Of a stretch of DNA of 64,000 bases, positions 1-10,203 are shown piece after piece. The stretch covers positions 160,385 to 224,384 of the forward strand of contig CALHND010000005.1 in the NCBI GenBank assembly GCA_938034875.1. Reading direction: 5' to 3'. Each line of letters starts with the position of its first letter. Positions within the stretch are counted from its first letter, which is position 1. Both the position numbers and the translations under genes were made by a program. The stretch comes from an uncultured Clostridia bacterium (GTDB lineage Bacteria; Bacillota; Clostridia; Oscillospirales; Acutalibacteraceae). The notes under the pieces were generated by a model. The model had not been told where the DNA came from. It saw only the letters and a list, made by a program, of their open reading frames with translations, and ran no database searches.

Positions 1-410
1 CCGAAGCTATCCAAACCAAGTGCAGGCACTATCATAATTGCGCCGTTAAAATCAGTAACCGTTTCAAGTTCCGGCTTAGGTTCAAGAACATTGAACGTAC
101 CGCATTCAAGGTCGTCAAGACTTTGTATATAATGAAACTCCATGTTTCGCGTACCTTTTATACACCGAGGCAATGCAACACGTTTACCATCTTCAAAGGC
201 ACGTTTTATTATTTCAAAGGTGTCAACCTCAATAGGTGTAGATGCGTAAATCATCACTGTATGCGCGTTATCATACTGGTGAAGAGAAACCACGCGTCTT
301 GCGATTCGGCTGTCCATGGTGCTCTTTTGTTCTGGAAGCATCGCCATTCGCCGCCGTTTTCTCTTTTCGCGCAGGTTTTTCTTGTATTCTCTTAAATCTA
401 TTCCGGGCAT
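1..410 (-). CDS. 5-formyltetrahydrofolate cyclo-ligase (MTHFS); the gene's 3' end lies beyond the window start
   Basis: Minus-strand translation MPGIDLREYKKNLREKRKRRR...AIMIVPALGLDSF matches the MTHFS family (the C-terminal VPALGLD motif region). The ATG is at 408-410. The ORF runs off the window edge. Confidence 0.6.
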   Translation of the reverse strand, partial: MPGIDLREYKKNLREKRKRRRMAMLPEQKSTMDSRIARRVVSLHQYDNAHTVMIYASTPIEVDTFEIIKRAFEDGKRVALPRCIKGTRNMEFHYIQSLDDLECGTFNVLEPKPELETVTDFNGAIMIVPALGLDSF

Positions 411-952
411 TTCATACCCTTTCTAAGCGAATCGGCTTCATCCTTGCCTGCCAAATATTCAGCCAGTGCAAGTCCGAATTCAATTGCTGCTCCGGCACCT
501 CTTGCCGTAATAATATTACCGTCTGTAATGCAGGGAGCGTCTACATACTCTGCTCCCTCCAAAAATTGCTCAAACCCGTCAAAACATGTTGCTTTTTTGC
601 CTGTCAAAAGCTTCTTTCTGCCAAGTATTGATGGTGCGGCACATATCGCTGCCAAAAGCTTTCCGTTTTCGGCTGCTTTATCTATAAATTTCTGCACAAC
701 TGCACTTTTTTCAAGGTTAAGAGTTCCCGGCATACCTCCGGGAAGAATTACGCCGTCAATGTTGTTTGGCTCTCCTATTTCGGCATCGGATACATCCGCA
801 CCTACGGCTATGCCGTGTGCACCGACAATGGCTCTGCCGCCGATACCTACTGTGACAACACCAACACCTGCTCTGCGCAGAATATCTATTGGCGCAATAG
901 CCTCAGTTTCCTCGAAACCGTCGGCAAGAAAACAGTATATCATTAAATTCAC
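398..952 (-). CDS. DJ-1/PfpI family protein
   Basis: 184 aa; the AICAAP nucleophile-elbow motif and overall ThiJ/DJ-1 fold signature (IAPIDILRRAG, ILPGG). Confidence 0.8.
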   Translation of the reverse strand: MNLMIYCFLADGFEETEAIAPIDILRRAGVGVVTVGIGGRAIVGAHGIAVGADVSDAEIGEPNNIDGVILPGGMPGTLNLEKSAVVQKFIDKAAENGKLLAAICAAPSILGRKKLLTGKKATCFDGFEQFLEGAEYVDAPCITDGNIITARGAGAAIEFGLALAEYLAGKDEADSLRKGMKCPE

Positions 953-967
953 TCCTAATCACAGTTA

Positions 968-1627
968 TTACATCGCCGCATTTATGGCTTCAAAAACCTC
1001 GTCTGCTATCTCGTCAATCGGACGCATATTTTGGCCGTCAGTGCAACGAATAACCGTCCAGCCGAGGTACTTTGCAGCGAATAGCGCGCAGTTGTAACAA
1101 TGATCAAGATAAGCAACATCGCGCTCGTGAATATCCTTTTTCTGTTCGTCTCCGCTGTAACGCTCACTCATGAGACGCTGTGATACAGCTACGGGAACAT
1201 CGAGAAAAATTACTGCGGTTGGCCGTGGGATACCTATTTTTTCAAATTCAATTTCGTACAGCCAATCAAGATAGCATTCCCATTCCTCGCGTGGCATTTT
1301 GGACATTTGGTGAACAGCATTTGATGTTGTGTATCGGTCGCAAAGTATGGTTTTGCCGCCGTTGTAGTCATTCTGCCAATGTCGTTTAAAGCTGGCAAAA
1401 CGGTCAACTGCATACAACAAAGATGTAGCATATGCGTTGACATCGCCTGCTGTGCTGCCAAATTCACCGTTAAGATACATTTTTACCAGTGTGCTCGATG
1501 GATCATCGTAGTCAGGGAATTTTACAAATCGCACGCTATCTCCAAGTCGGTTGCGCAACAATTCTGTCTGCGTTGACTTTCCGCTGCCATCAAGTCCTTC
1601 TATAACAATAAGTTTTCCGCTCATCAT
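968..1627 (-). CDS. thymidylate kinase-like (dTMP kinase family) protein
   Basis: P-loop LIVIEGLDGSGKSTQ near the N-terminus and a later DRY motif. 219 aa. Overlaps thyX by 4 nt. Confidence 0.65.
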   Translation of the reverse strand: MMSGKLIVIEGLDGSGKSTQTELLRNRLGDSVRFVKFPDYDDPSSTLVKMYLNGEFGSTAGDVNAYATSLLYAVDRFASFKRHWQNDYNGGKTILCDRYTTSNAVHQMSKMPREEWECYLDWLYEIEFEKIGIPRPTAVIFLDVPVAVSQRLMSERYSGDEQKKDIHERDVAYLDHCYNCALFAAKYLGWTVIRCTDGQNMRPIDEIADEVFEAINAAM

Positions 1628-2394
1628 TTTTTCTCCGCTATGCTCTTAAAGAGCGCTCTGACTTCATTGGGCATGCCACACGACATCTTTCCCTCGGTGC
1701 ATTTGCCCCTTACGCATGGTGGGCCTGCATGTGAAAACATATTAGGCGCAACCCCGATGCACAAACGGTACATTTCGGTAGCAACCTCGCGTATTTCCCA
1801 CTGTGCGCGATTGCAGCAACGGTGCGAAAAGAAATTAAGCAGGCTGCGAGCGTTCATGGTAACAATCATTTTAGTTGTGCAGGCATTTGGCAGCACAAAA
1901 CGGGCATCTTCGATCGCCTTTTTTTCGGCGGCACGCAGTGCTGATTTTTCGTCCATGCCTGATGCTATCATATCGGCTTTATGCCGAGCTGTAAGAATTT
2001 CCGCCAACTCGTCATATTCACGCTGTGCGTTTTCCATTGACTTTATATATATTTCTTTTGCTCTTTCATCCTTTTCAATTTCCGGAGGAAGAACATATTC
2101 AAACTGCAATTCCTTAACATAGCGCTGGCTTTGTACACTGAATGATGCAATGCGATGGCGAGTAATTTGCGCTAGCAATGCACGCGAAACACCCTCTATA
2201 CCAAAGGTGAACGATGCATGTTCAATTGGACTTTCGTGTCCAATTTGCGCAAGCATATCTACAAATCCTGCTGCCTTTTCCTCATCCAATCCGTCGTGTA
2301 TGGTATCGATGGTTGCACCGGAATAGCACAGCTTGGCCGCCATGGCAACCGTAATCTCGGGCTCTGGCGTATGTGCAAGTAATGTAACCTTCAT
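1624..2394 (-). CDS. thyX: FAD-dependent thymidylate synthase ThyX
   Basis: ThyX signature ITRHRIASFSVQSQRY (RHR ... SxRY) and a conserved N-terminal fold; 256 aa. Confidence 0.85.
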   Translation of the reverse strand: MKVTLLAHTPEPEITVAMAAKLCYSGATIDTIHDGLDEEKAAGFVDMLAQIGHESPIEHASFTFGIEGVSRALLAQITRHRIASFSVQSQRYVKELQFEYVLPPEIEKDERAKEIYIKSMENAQREYDELAEILTARHKADMIASGMDEKSALRAAEKKAIEDARFVLPNACTTKMIVTMNARSLLNFFSHRCCNRAQWEIREVATEMYRLCIGVAPNMFSHAGPPCVRGKCTEGKMSCGMPNEVRALFKSIAEKK

Positions 2395-2581
2395 TCACAA
2401 TCCCTCATATTCATGGCATATGACGCCAATATATATTTTTATACATTATATCAAATTTACTTATATATATCAACTTTTTTATACTTTAAATTTGATTCAA
2501 CCTACATTGACATAAAAAAAATTGGGAATATAATTAATACGTAGTAATATTTCAATTTAAATACAGAGGTAGTTTATTTTT

Positions 2582-3487
2582 ATGGTATTAACCAACAAGC
2601 TAAATTTTGTTCCTGTAACCGTTAATCATGCAAAGCTGTTAAAGCGCACTTTTGAGACACAAAGCTACCGCACCTGCGGCTTTACCGTAGGCAGCGCAAT
2701 AATGTGGCGAAAAATATATAATCTTAAAATTTGTGAGTACGCAGACACCGTCATTTTATGTGCTGATTACCCTAACGAAGGGCGCTGTTTTTCTATTCCC
2801 TTGGGCAACGGAGATATAAAATCGGCCATGCTTGCCGTGTATGAAAGTTGCCGCCAAAACGGCGATAAATGCATATTTAGCGATGTTCCAGAAGGTGGGC
2901 TTGAGCTGCTTAAAGAGGTTTTTGGCGAAGAAAACTGTGCAGCTGTCCACTCTGATGAATGGGACGATTATGTTTATTTGGCTGATGACCTATCATCATA
3001 TGCGGGCAAAAAGTTCAACGGTCAGCGAAACCATGTAAACAAATTTAATCGGCTATATCAAGACGCTCAATTTTTACCAATTAACAAAGATAATTACGAT
3101 CTTGCTTCTCATTTTTTGCGTGAATACATTACTGAAAACAGCGACGGAACTCTTTCGGGCGAAGTCGAAAGTTGTGCCGATATAGAACTCATGAAGCACT
3201 ACTTTGAACTTGGACTTCACGGTGCCATTTTATGCGTTGACAATAAAATCATTTCAATTTCGGTTGGCGAACAGATTGGAGATACACTGTTCATTCACAT
3301 AGAAAAGGGAGATACTAAATATCAAGGTGTTTATCAAGTAATGGTTCTTCGCTTTGCGCAGAAGTATGCAAAAAACGCCGTTTACATCAACCGAGAGGAA
3401 GATGACGGTGTGGAGGGCTTGCGAAAATCAAAGCTTTCATATCATCCTGTAACCATGATTAAAAAGTATTCCGTAGAAATTAAGTGA
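2582..3487 (+). CDS. hypothetical protein (possibly GNAT-fold / DUF2156-like)
   Basis: 301-aa ORF with good coding appearance. No diagnostic motif recognised. Confidence 0.45.
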   Translation: MVLTNKLNFVPVTVNHAKLLKRTFETQSYRTCGFTVGSAIMWRKIYNLKICEYADTVILCADYPNEGRCFSIPLGNGDIKSAMLAVYESCRQNGDKCIFSDVPEGGLELLKEVFGEENCAAVHSDEWDDYVYLADDLSSYAGKKFNGQRNHVNKFNRLYQDAQFLPINKDNYDLASHFLREYITENSDGTLSGEVESCADIELMKHYFELGLHGAILCVDNKIISISVGEQIGDTLFIHIEKGDTKYQGVYQVMVLRFAQKYAKNAVYINREEDDGVEGLRKSKLSYHPVTMIKKYSVEIK

Positions 3488-3613
3488 CATAATAACAGAA
3501 AATATTGTATATTATCCCATATTCACTTTTTAACCGATATATGTTAAAATTAACATGTAATCAAATGCAGGTTGATCCTGCAGTAAAAATATAACGCATG
3601 GGGGACAAGAAAA

Positions 3614-4714
3614 ATGGCTGATGACATTTACGGCAAGCTTGGCATAATCAGTATGCCCGGTTGTGACAAACTCACCGGAAAAGTTGACAAATACCTTACT
3701 GAATGGAGAGAGGCTGAAGAGGACACTTTCGTCATACCCTCTGTTTGCCCAAGATTCGGCACAGGTGAAGCAAAGGCTCTCATCAAACACACCATCCGCG
3801 GATATGACCTCTACATCATATGTGACTGCTTTAACTACGGCGTTACCTACCGTATGTACGGCATGGATGTTCCTATGAGCCCGGATGATCATTATCAGGA
3901 TGTTAAGCGTATTATAGCTGCTATGGGTGGCAAGGCCAGACGAATCACCGTTATCATGCCCATGCTTTACGAGGGACGCCAGCACCGCAGAGTTGCTCGC
4001 GAATCGCTTGACTGCGCACTTGCTCTTCAGGAGCTGACCAATATGGGCGTTACCAATATTATTACTTTTGACGCTCACGATAACCGCGTTCAAAACGCTG
4101 TTCCGCTGGAAGGCTTTGAAAACGTTCACCCAACCTACCAGATGATTAAAGCTCTGGTTAAGAATGTCCCCGACATTCAGATTGATCGCGATCACCTTAT
4201 GATCGTTTCTCCGGACGAGGGCGGAATGAGCCGCTGCATCTACTATTCATCGGTACTCGGTCTTGAACTGGGTATGTTCTATAAGCGTAGAAATTACTCG
4301 GTTATAGTAAACGGACGCAACCCGATCGAAGCTCACGAATTCCTGGGTCAAGATGTTGAAGGCAAGGATATCATAATCGTTGATGATATGATTTCTTCCG
4401 GCGATTCAGTCATAGACATTGCTGAAAAGCTTAAAGCTAAAAAAGCCCGCCGAATTTTTGTTTTTGTTACATTCGGTCTGTTTGTTGAAGGTTTTGATAA
4501 CTTTGACAAAGCTTACGAACAGGGTGCGATTGATAGAGTATTCTCCACCAACCTGGTTTACTCTAAACCGGAGCTTTTGACAAAACCGTGGTATGTTCAG
4601 GTTGATATGGCAAAGTACATTGCACTCATCGTCAACACGCTCAACCACGATGAATCAATCAGCGAACTGCTTAATCCGATTAATAAGATAAAAAAATTCC
4701 TCAATATGAAGTAA
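3614..4714 (+). CDS. prs: ribose-phosphate pyrophosphokinase (PRPP synthetase, long class)
   Basis: PRPP-binding motif IIVDDMISSGDS and the divalent-cation site region DAHD; 366 aa. RBS GGGGGA upstream. Confidence 0.85.
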   Translation: MADDIYGKLGIISMPGCDKLTGKVDKYLTEWREAEEDTFVIPSVCPRFGTGEAKALIKHTIRGYDLYIICDCFNYGVTYRMYGMDVPMSPDDHYQDVKRIIAAMGGKARRITVIMPMLYEGRQHRRVARESLDCALALQELTNMGVTNIITFDAHDNRVQNAVPLEGFENVHPTYQMIKALVKNVPDIQIDRDHLMIVSPDEGGMSRCIYYSSVLGLELGMFYKRRNYSVIVNGRNPIEAHEFLGQDVEGKDIIIVDDMISSGDSVIDIAEKLKAKKARRIFVFVTFGLFVEGFDNFDKAYEQGAIDRVFSTNLVYSKPELLTKPWYVQVDMAKYIALIVNTLNHDESISELLNPINKIKKFLNMK

Positions 4715-4720
4715 TAAAAA

Positions 4721-4753
4721 AGGCTCTCCAAAATTCTGGAGAGCCTTTTCATT
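4721..4753 (+). terminator. rho-independent terminator after prs
   Basis: Hairpin GGCTCTCCaaaattcTGGAGAGCC followed by TTTTCATTT. Confidence 0.6.
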
Positions 4754-4816
4754 TGATTGTATTTTTAAGTTGATTATAGTATAATTATAAAAAACGCTAA
4801 AAGGGAGATTATATTT

Positions 4817-5674
4817 ATGAACAAGGTCACGCTGGTAGTTATGGCGGCAGGAATGGGTAGCCGTTTTGGCGGCATGAAGCAAATCAATCCCGTAGGCCCT
4901 AACGGCGAGATACTGCTCGATTTTTCGGTTTATGATGCTGTGAAAGCAGGTTTTTCTAAGGTTGTTTTCATAATTCGAGAGGAAAACGAGGCTGATTTCC
5001 GACGTGTTATCGGAGACCGTCTTTCGAAAAAAGTCGATGTGGAATATGTTTATCAGGACACTTCAATTCTCCCCGAGGGTCGCAAAAAACCGTTTGGCAC
5101 GGGTCACGCGGTGCTTTGCTGCATGAACAAAGTTAACGAGCCGTTTGCCGTTATCAACGCTGACGATTACTACGGTGCAAGTGCATTTTGCCAGATGTAT
5201 GAGCATTTGAAAAATGCAAAAGGCACAGATTTTGCAATGGTCGCATTTGACCTTAAAAACACTCTTACCGAAAATGGTACCGTTTCTCGTGGTATATGCG
5301 AGTTGGACGGCAATTATTTAAAAAGCGTAACAGAGCGCACCAAAATAAAGGATATGCACTACACCGAGGATGGCGAAAACTGGGTTAGTTTGCCCGATGA
5401 TACAATGGCGTCCATGAATTTCTGGGGTTTCACTCCCGACTTTTTCCCTGCGCTAAAAGCTGATTTTGAAAATTTTCTTGCTACCGCCAACCTAGAAAAA
5501 GATGAATTTTATCTTCCTTTCGCTGCCGACAAAATGCTGCAAAGCGGCATGGCAACAGTAAAAGTACTAAAAAGCCACGACAAATGGTACGGAATGACAT
5601 ACCGCGAGGACATTGACGCTGTTAAAGAGGCTCTGACCGCCAAAATTACAGCAGGCGAATACGACGGAATATAA
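4817..5674 (+). CDS. sugar-phosphate nucleotidyltransferase family protein
   Basis: N-terminal MAAGMGSRFGG resembles the GxGxR nucleotidyltransferase signature; 285 aa. Confidence 0.6.
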   Translation: MNKVTLVVMAAGMGSRFGGMKQINPVGPNGEILLDFSVYDAVKAGFSKVVFIIREENEADFRRVIGDRLSKKVDVEYVYQDTSILPEGRKKPFGTGHAVLCCMNKVNEPFAVINADDYYGASAFCQMYEHLKNAKGTDFAMVAFDLKNTLTENGTVSRGICELDGNYLKSVTERTKIKDMHYTEDGENWVSLPDDTMASMNFWGFTPDFFPALKADFENFLATANLEKDEFYLPFAADKMLQSGMATVKVLKSHDKWYGMTYREDIDAVKEALTAKITAGEYDGI

Positions 5675-5709
5675 ATTTAACCACACTACATAAACGGAGG
5701 TGACCAAAA

Positions 5710-7539
5710 TTGGCTGATAAAAGACTTTCTCGACTGCTTGCAAAGGCACGGAGACTGCCGCTGTCCCCCGGCGTATATATAATGAAAAACAGCTCCGGCA
5801 AAATAATATATATCGGAAAAGCGAAAAAGCTGCAAAACCGAGTCAGCCAATATTTTGGCACGCAAAATCGCCATGCTGAAAAGGTGCGGCAAATGGTCGC
5901 TAATGTTGACGATTTTGATTATATTGTGTGCGACAGTGAGTTTGAAGCGTTGGTGCTGGAATGTTCGCTGATAAAGCAGAATATGCCCAAATACAATATT
6001 TTACTGAAGGACGCAAAGGGTTTTCACTACATTCGTGTGACCCCTCCCCCGTGGACCACTATAAAAGCGGCAAAAATGATCAAAGATGATGGTGCACAAT
6101 ATCTTGGACCGTATTATTCATCCTATGTTGTAAAACATTCGGTCGACACTGCGCTAAAAGCATTTAAGTTACCGCAATGCAATAAAACAGCCGCCGATTT
6201 TTCACGCAGGAATCATGCTCGACCATGTCTTAATTATCACATCGGTCAGTGCTCTGCACCCTGCTGCGGAAAAATCAAACAGTCAGCATATGATGAAGCC
6301 GCCGCTTCCGCAGTTGAATTTTTAATAAAGGGAAGCAACGATACTGTAAAAATACTGACTGAGCAAATGAATCAAGCCGCAGAAAACCTTGAATTTGAGC
6401 GTGCGGCTCGGTTGCGTGACCGTATAAATGCGCTCAAAAGCATGAGCGAGAGGCAAAAAGTAGTTGAATCGACCGTTGCCGAGCAGGATATTATTGCGCT
6501 GGCTAATTCATATGAAAAATCATGCGTTGAATTGTTCCGTTTTCGTGGTGGTCTGCTTACCGACAGAGAAAATTTCTTTTTTGACAGCTATGACAGTCCC
6601 GAACATATGCGCTACGAGTTTATAACACAGTTTTATTCGGGCGCAGGGGAAATACCACGCCAAATCACCATTGACGGTGAGGTCGCAGACCACGAACTGA
6701 TAGAGCGTTTTTTAACAGAAAAGCTTGGTAAAAAGGTAACTGTTGCAATTCCCCAGCGAGGTGAACAGGCTAAACTGGTTGCAATGTGCCATGAAAACGC
6801 CGCTGAACATTTAGCGGACAAGCTGGGTAGACGCGGCCACGAAACAGCCGCACTTGAGGAAATTGCACGTTTGCTTGGGCTTGCTACTCCACCGCGCATA
6901 ATTGAATCATACGATATTTCGCACACCGCCGGCAGCGACATTGTTGCCGGAATGGTTGTTTTTCGTGATGGTGCGCCTTTAAAAAGCGCTTATCGTAAAT
7001 TTACGATCAAATCTCTTGCAAATCAAGATGACTGTGCCGCAATGGCAGAGGTAATTACACGGCGATTTGAGGAATATAAAAAGGGCGAGGACGATTCATT
7101 TTCGGTACTGCCTGATTTAATACTGCTTGACGGAGGCAAAGGTCAGGTAGATGCCGTCAACACCGTTTTTATGCAAATGGGCATAAATGTGCCGCTTTTC
7201 GGCATGGTAAAAGACGATAAGCACCGTACTCGTGCCATAGTTTCAACAAATGGCGAAATTGCACTTAAATCAACACGTGCCGCATACACTTTTGTCTCTA
7301 CAATTCAGGAGGAAGTGCACCGATTTGCGATCAGCTTCCACCGAAAAAAGCAAAGCGCAAAAATAGGTTCCACTCTGACAAAAATTGAAGGCGTTGGTGA
7401 CGTTCGTGCAAAAGCGCTGCTGCGTCATTTCGGCACGATTGAAAACGTAAAACACGCCGAAATAGAAGATATTATAAAAGTTAAAGGCATGAATTCAACA
7501 GTTGCAAAAGCGATTTTTGAACATTTTCATAAAAAGTAA
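5710..7539 (+). CDS. uvrC: excinuclease ABC subunit C
   Basis: GIY-YIG motif (GVYIMKNSSGKIIYIGKAKKLQNRV), UvrBC-interaction region, and C-terminal RNaseH-like/HhH domains. 609 aa. Apparent TTG start with GGAGGTG RBS. Confidence 0.9.
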   Translation: MADKRLSRLLAKARRLPLSPGVYIMKNSSGKIIYIGKAKKLQNRVSQYFGTQNRHAEKVRQMVANVDDFDYIVCDSEFEALVLECSLIKQNMPKYNILLKDAKGFHYIRVTPPPWTTIKAAKMIKDDGAQYLGPYYSSYVVKHSVDTALKAFKLPQCNKTAADFSRRNHARPCLNYHIGQCSAPCCGKIKQSAYDEAAASAVEFLIKGSNDTVKILTEQMNQAAENLEFERAARLRDRINALKSMSERQKVVESTVAEQDIIALANSYEKSCVELFRFRGGLLTDRENFFFDSYDSPEHMRYEFITQFYSGAGEIPRQITIDGEVADHELIERFLTEKLGKKVTVAIPQRGEQAKLVAMCHENAAEHLADKLGRRGHETAALEEIARLLGLATPPRIIESYDISHTAGSDIVAGMVVFRDGAPLKSAYRKFTIKSLANQDDCAAMAEVITRRFEEYKKGEDDSFSVLPDLILLDGGKGQVDAVNTVFMQMGINVPLFGMVKDDKHRTRAIVSTNGEIALKSTRAAYTFVSTIQEEVHRFAISFHRKKQSAKIGSTLTKIEGVGDVRAKALLRHFGTIENVKHAEIEDIIKVKGMNSTVAKAIFEHFHKK

Positions 7540-7616
7540 ATTAAGTTGCTTACACATTAAAAAATGATTTAAGATGCCACATACAATATTTAATTTTAAA
7601 ATTTGCATATTTAAAA

Positions 7617-7650
7617 AGACCCGACATCAGATGCTGTCAGGTCTTTTTTT
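7617..7650. terminator. bidirectional rho-independent terminator between uvrC(+) and the DHHW gene(-)
   Basis: AAAAAGACCcGACAtcagatgcTGTCaGGTCTTTTTTT: a stem flanked by an A-run and a T-run. Confidence 0.55.
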
Positions 7651-7672
7651 GTATAATGCTCAATTAGATTTT

Positions 7673-8773
7673 TTACTTCATAGTAACACTGTTGTTCAGA
7701 ACGAGGGTGCTGTAAAGGAATAAAACATCTGCGTTTTCAAAATCAACATAATTTCCGATAAGCTCGCTGGAAATATAACGGATGTCAATCAACGTAATCT
7801 CGGCGTAACCCTCTGTAAGCAACGGCGCAATGCTGCTGCCAAAAGAATCCCTAAAAATAATCAATTTTTTGTCGGTTTTTGCATTTGCGTTTTTAATATT
7901 TATTAGTGACTTTGATCCCGAAAGATACATCTCATAAGGGTCTCTTCCGTTTGCCTTTTCCATGTCATAAACAGGAATATTAGTTTCTGTCTCAAAGTCG
8001 TAAACTTGACAGCCGTCAATAGTGTTGCTGGTCATATAATACATCTGTTCAGATGGAAGCGGCAGCGCCGACTGTCCGTAATACACACCGTAAAATGGGT
8101 TATCAAGCAGATTTGTGGTGTACTTACCGCTGATTGTTGCGCCCATCTCTGAGGCAAGCTTTTGAGCTACATCAACTATTTTTTCCTGACGCCAATGAGT
8201 GTCGGTTTTATAATAATCCTCAAGCTCAAGGCAATCGAAAATGTCGATGTACTGCATATATTCTGTCCTGTCTTTTAGATAACTGACGAACTTTTCGTAA
8301 TCGATTGACGGATAGCCGTTTTGGTTTGCCATAAAGTAATTTTTGTCGGGTATAATCGAAAAATACACATTTGTACCGTCGATGTTTAAATATTTTTCGT
8401 AAATACGCTTAAATTTAGCCAGCGCATTATCAAGCGATTCGGTATTCATGGGATATTCGATTTTTGACAAATATCCGTCATTTATATAAATATTATTCAT
8501 GTCCTTTTGTCCGAAAAGGTAGAATGCAGACAGCGCTTTCAGTCGTCTGAACGAATCTCTTAGCGGGAATTGGTCGGTGGTATAACTTTCGAAATCCTGC
8601 ATGAAATCGCCGCTAAAAATTTCATCCACGCTAACTTCCGGCATTGTTGCAAGCGGGCGTCTTTCGCTTTCGGACATAGCATCTGCCGGCTTTAAATAAC
8701 ACCAAGTCGAAAATACAAAGAAAAATACCGCCGCCGACAACACAGTTATAATGTTTTTTATTTTTGTTGACAT
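7673..8773 (-). CDS. DHHW family protein (DltD/AlgX-like accessory protein of an MBOAT acyltransferase)
   Basis: N-terminal TM segment and a YYKTDTHW (DHHW-type) motif. It lies immediately downstream of an MBOAT gene. Confidence 0.75.
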   Translation of the reverse strand: MSTKIKNIITVLSAAVFFFVFSTWCYLKPADAMSESERRPLATMPEVSVDEIFSGDFMQDFESYTTDQFPLRDSFRRLKALSAFYLFGQKDMNNIYINDGYLSKIEYPMNTESLDNALAKFKRIYEKYLNIDGTNVYFSIIPDKNYFMANQNGYPSIDYEKFVSYLKDRTEYMQYIDIFDCLELEDYYKTDTHWRQEKIVDVAQKLASEMGATISGKYTTNLLDNPFYGVYYGQSALPLPSEQMYYMTSNTIDGCQVYDFETETNIPVYDMEKANGRDPYEMYLSGSKSLINIKNANAKTDKKLIIFRDSFGSSIAPLLTEGYAEITLIDIRYISSELIGNYVDFENADVLFLYSTLVLNNSVTMK

Positions 8774-8785
8774 TGATATCCTCCT

Positions 8786-10183
8786 TTAAAATCTGAAATA
8801 CAAAAACGGGTTGAAAGATCCATCCGCAATATAGCCGGTTATGATACACAAAAGCACAACCAAAAATATAGGTTCTGCAGTATTTAATATTTTTTCGCCT
8901 AATTTGCTGTTGCGCAGTCGCTTTATGCTGTTCGGAATGAGCGGTGTTGCTCCAATTACAGCAATTATTAGTATTACAGCATAACTTTGAAGATAATAAA
9001 CCGCCTGCACTGAAACGGCAGGAAATCCGCCTGCGCCAAACATGGATTTGATATAGAACCAAGCATTACCTATGCTGGAAGCATCGAAAATAACAAAGCT
9101 TACAATTACGACAAGCAAAACATAAGCATGGCGCAAAAATTTAAGTTTTGAAAGTATTTTTGAAAGCCACATTTTTTCTATAATCAGTAATATTCCGAAA
9201 TATAATCCCCATATTATAAAATTCCATGCGGCACCGTGCCAGAAGCCCGTTAACAGCCATACTATCATCAAATTGCACAGCCAGCGTAAAAGTTTTACTC
9301 TGTTTCCGCCAAGTGGGATGTAAACATAATCTCTAAACCATGTACCGAGGGACATATGCCACCGGCGCCAAAAATCCGTTACGCTTTTTGCAATGTACGG
9401 ATAATTAAAGTTTTCAAGAAAATTAAACCCAAATATTTTTCCGAGTCCGATTGCCATATCACTGTATCCAGAAAAGTCAAAGTAAACATGCAGGCAATAC
9501 GCTACTGCATACAGCCAAAAGAACATTACCGATTTGTCATTTGATTCGCGGAATATGCTGCAAAGCTCGCCAAGCGTATTTGCAATAAGCACCTTTTTGC
9601 CCAAACCAATTACAAATCGTCTGACACCGAGCGCACATTTTTCCATAGAGTGCTCTCTGTGTTCCAGCTGGGCGGCAATGTCCGAATATCTGACGATTGG
9701 GCCGGCAATAAGCTGCGGAAACATCGTAATATACGCCGCCAAATTAACAAAATTGCGCTGTGCCGGCACTTCCCTGCGGTAAACATCCACTGTGTAGCTT
9801 AAAATTTGAAACGTGTAAAAGCTGATTCCGATAGGCAATGCTATTCTTAAAAGCGGAACGGACAATCCCGTTACAGCATTAAAGTTTTCTACAAAAAAAT
9901 CTGCATATTTGTAGTAACCAAGCATGCCAATACTGAAAGCAACGGAGGCCGCCAAGTAAATTTTTGCTCGACGACCTCCGCTTTTCTCTATCAGCATTCC
10001 AAATATATATCCCTGTAATATCGACAAAAGCATTAAAACGACAAGCTTTGGCTCGCCCCATGCGTAAAACACAAGGCTGGACACCATTAGAACTGCGTTT
10101 TTAAGGCTTTTTGGGGATATAAAATACAGTAACAACACACAAGGAAGAAAGTAGTACAGAAACGGAATGCTTGAAAAAACCAT
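8786..10183 (-). CDS. MBOAT family O-acyltransferase (DltB/AlgI/PatA-like)
   Basis: Polytopic membrane protein with MBOAT region FWRRWHMSLGTWFRDYVYIPLGGNR and the conserved His (FWHGAAWNF); 465 aa. Confidence 0.85.
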   Translation of the reverse strand: MVFSSIPFLYYFLPCVLLLYFISPKSLKNAVLMVSSLVFYAWGEPKLVVLMLLSILQGYIFGMLIEKSGGRRAKIYLAASVAFSIGMLGYYKYADFFVENFNAVTGLSVPLLRIALPIGISFYTFQILSYTVDVYRREVPAQRNFVNLAAYITMFPQLIAGPIVRYSDIAAQLEHREHSMEKCALGVRRFVIGLGKKVLIANTLGELCSIFRESNDKSVMFFWLYAVAYCLHVYFDFSGYSDMAIGLGKIFGFNFLENFNYPYIAKSVTDFWRRWHMSLGTWFRDYVYIPLGGNRVKLLRWLCNLMIVWLLTGFWHGAAWNFIIWGLYFGILLIIEKMWLSKILSKLKFLRHAYVLLVVIVSFVIFDASSIGNAWFYIKSMFGAGGFPAVSVQAVYYLQSYAVILIIAVIGATPLIPNSIKRLRNSKLGEKILNTAEPIFLVVLLCIITGYIADGSFNPFLYFRF

Positions 10184-10203
10184 ACTTTTCTCCTCTTATT
10201 TAA

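Noticed and set aside
444-1097. 217-aa plus-strand ORF
   Set aside because: It lies entirely antisense to the well-supported DJ-1/PfpI and Tmk-like genes. Its composition is Ala/Pro/Ser-rich, typical of antisense frames.
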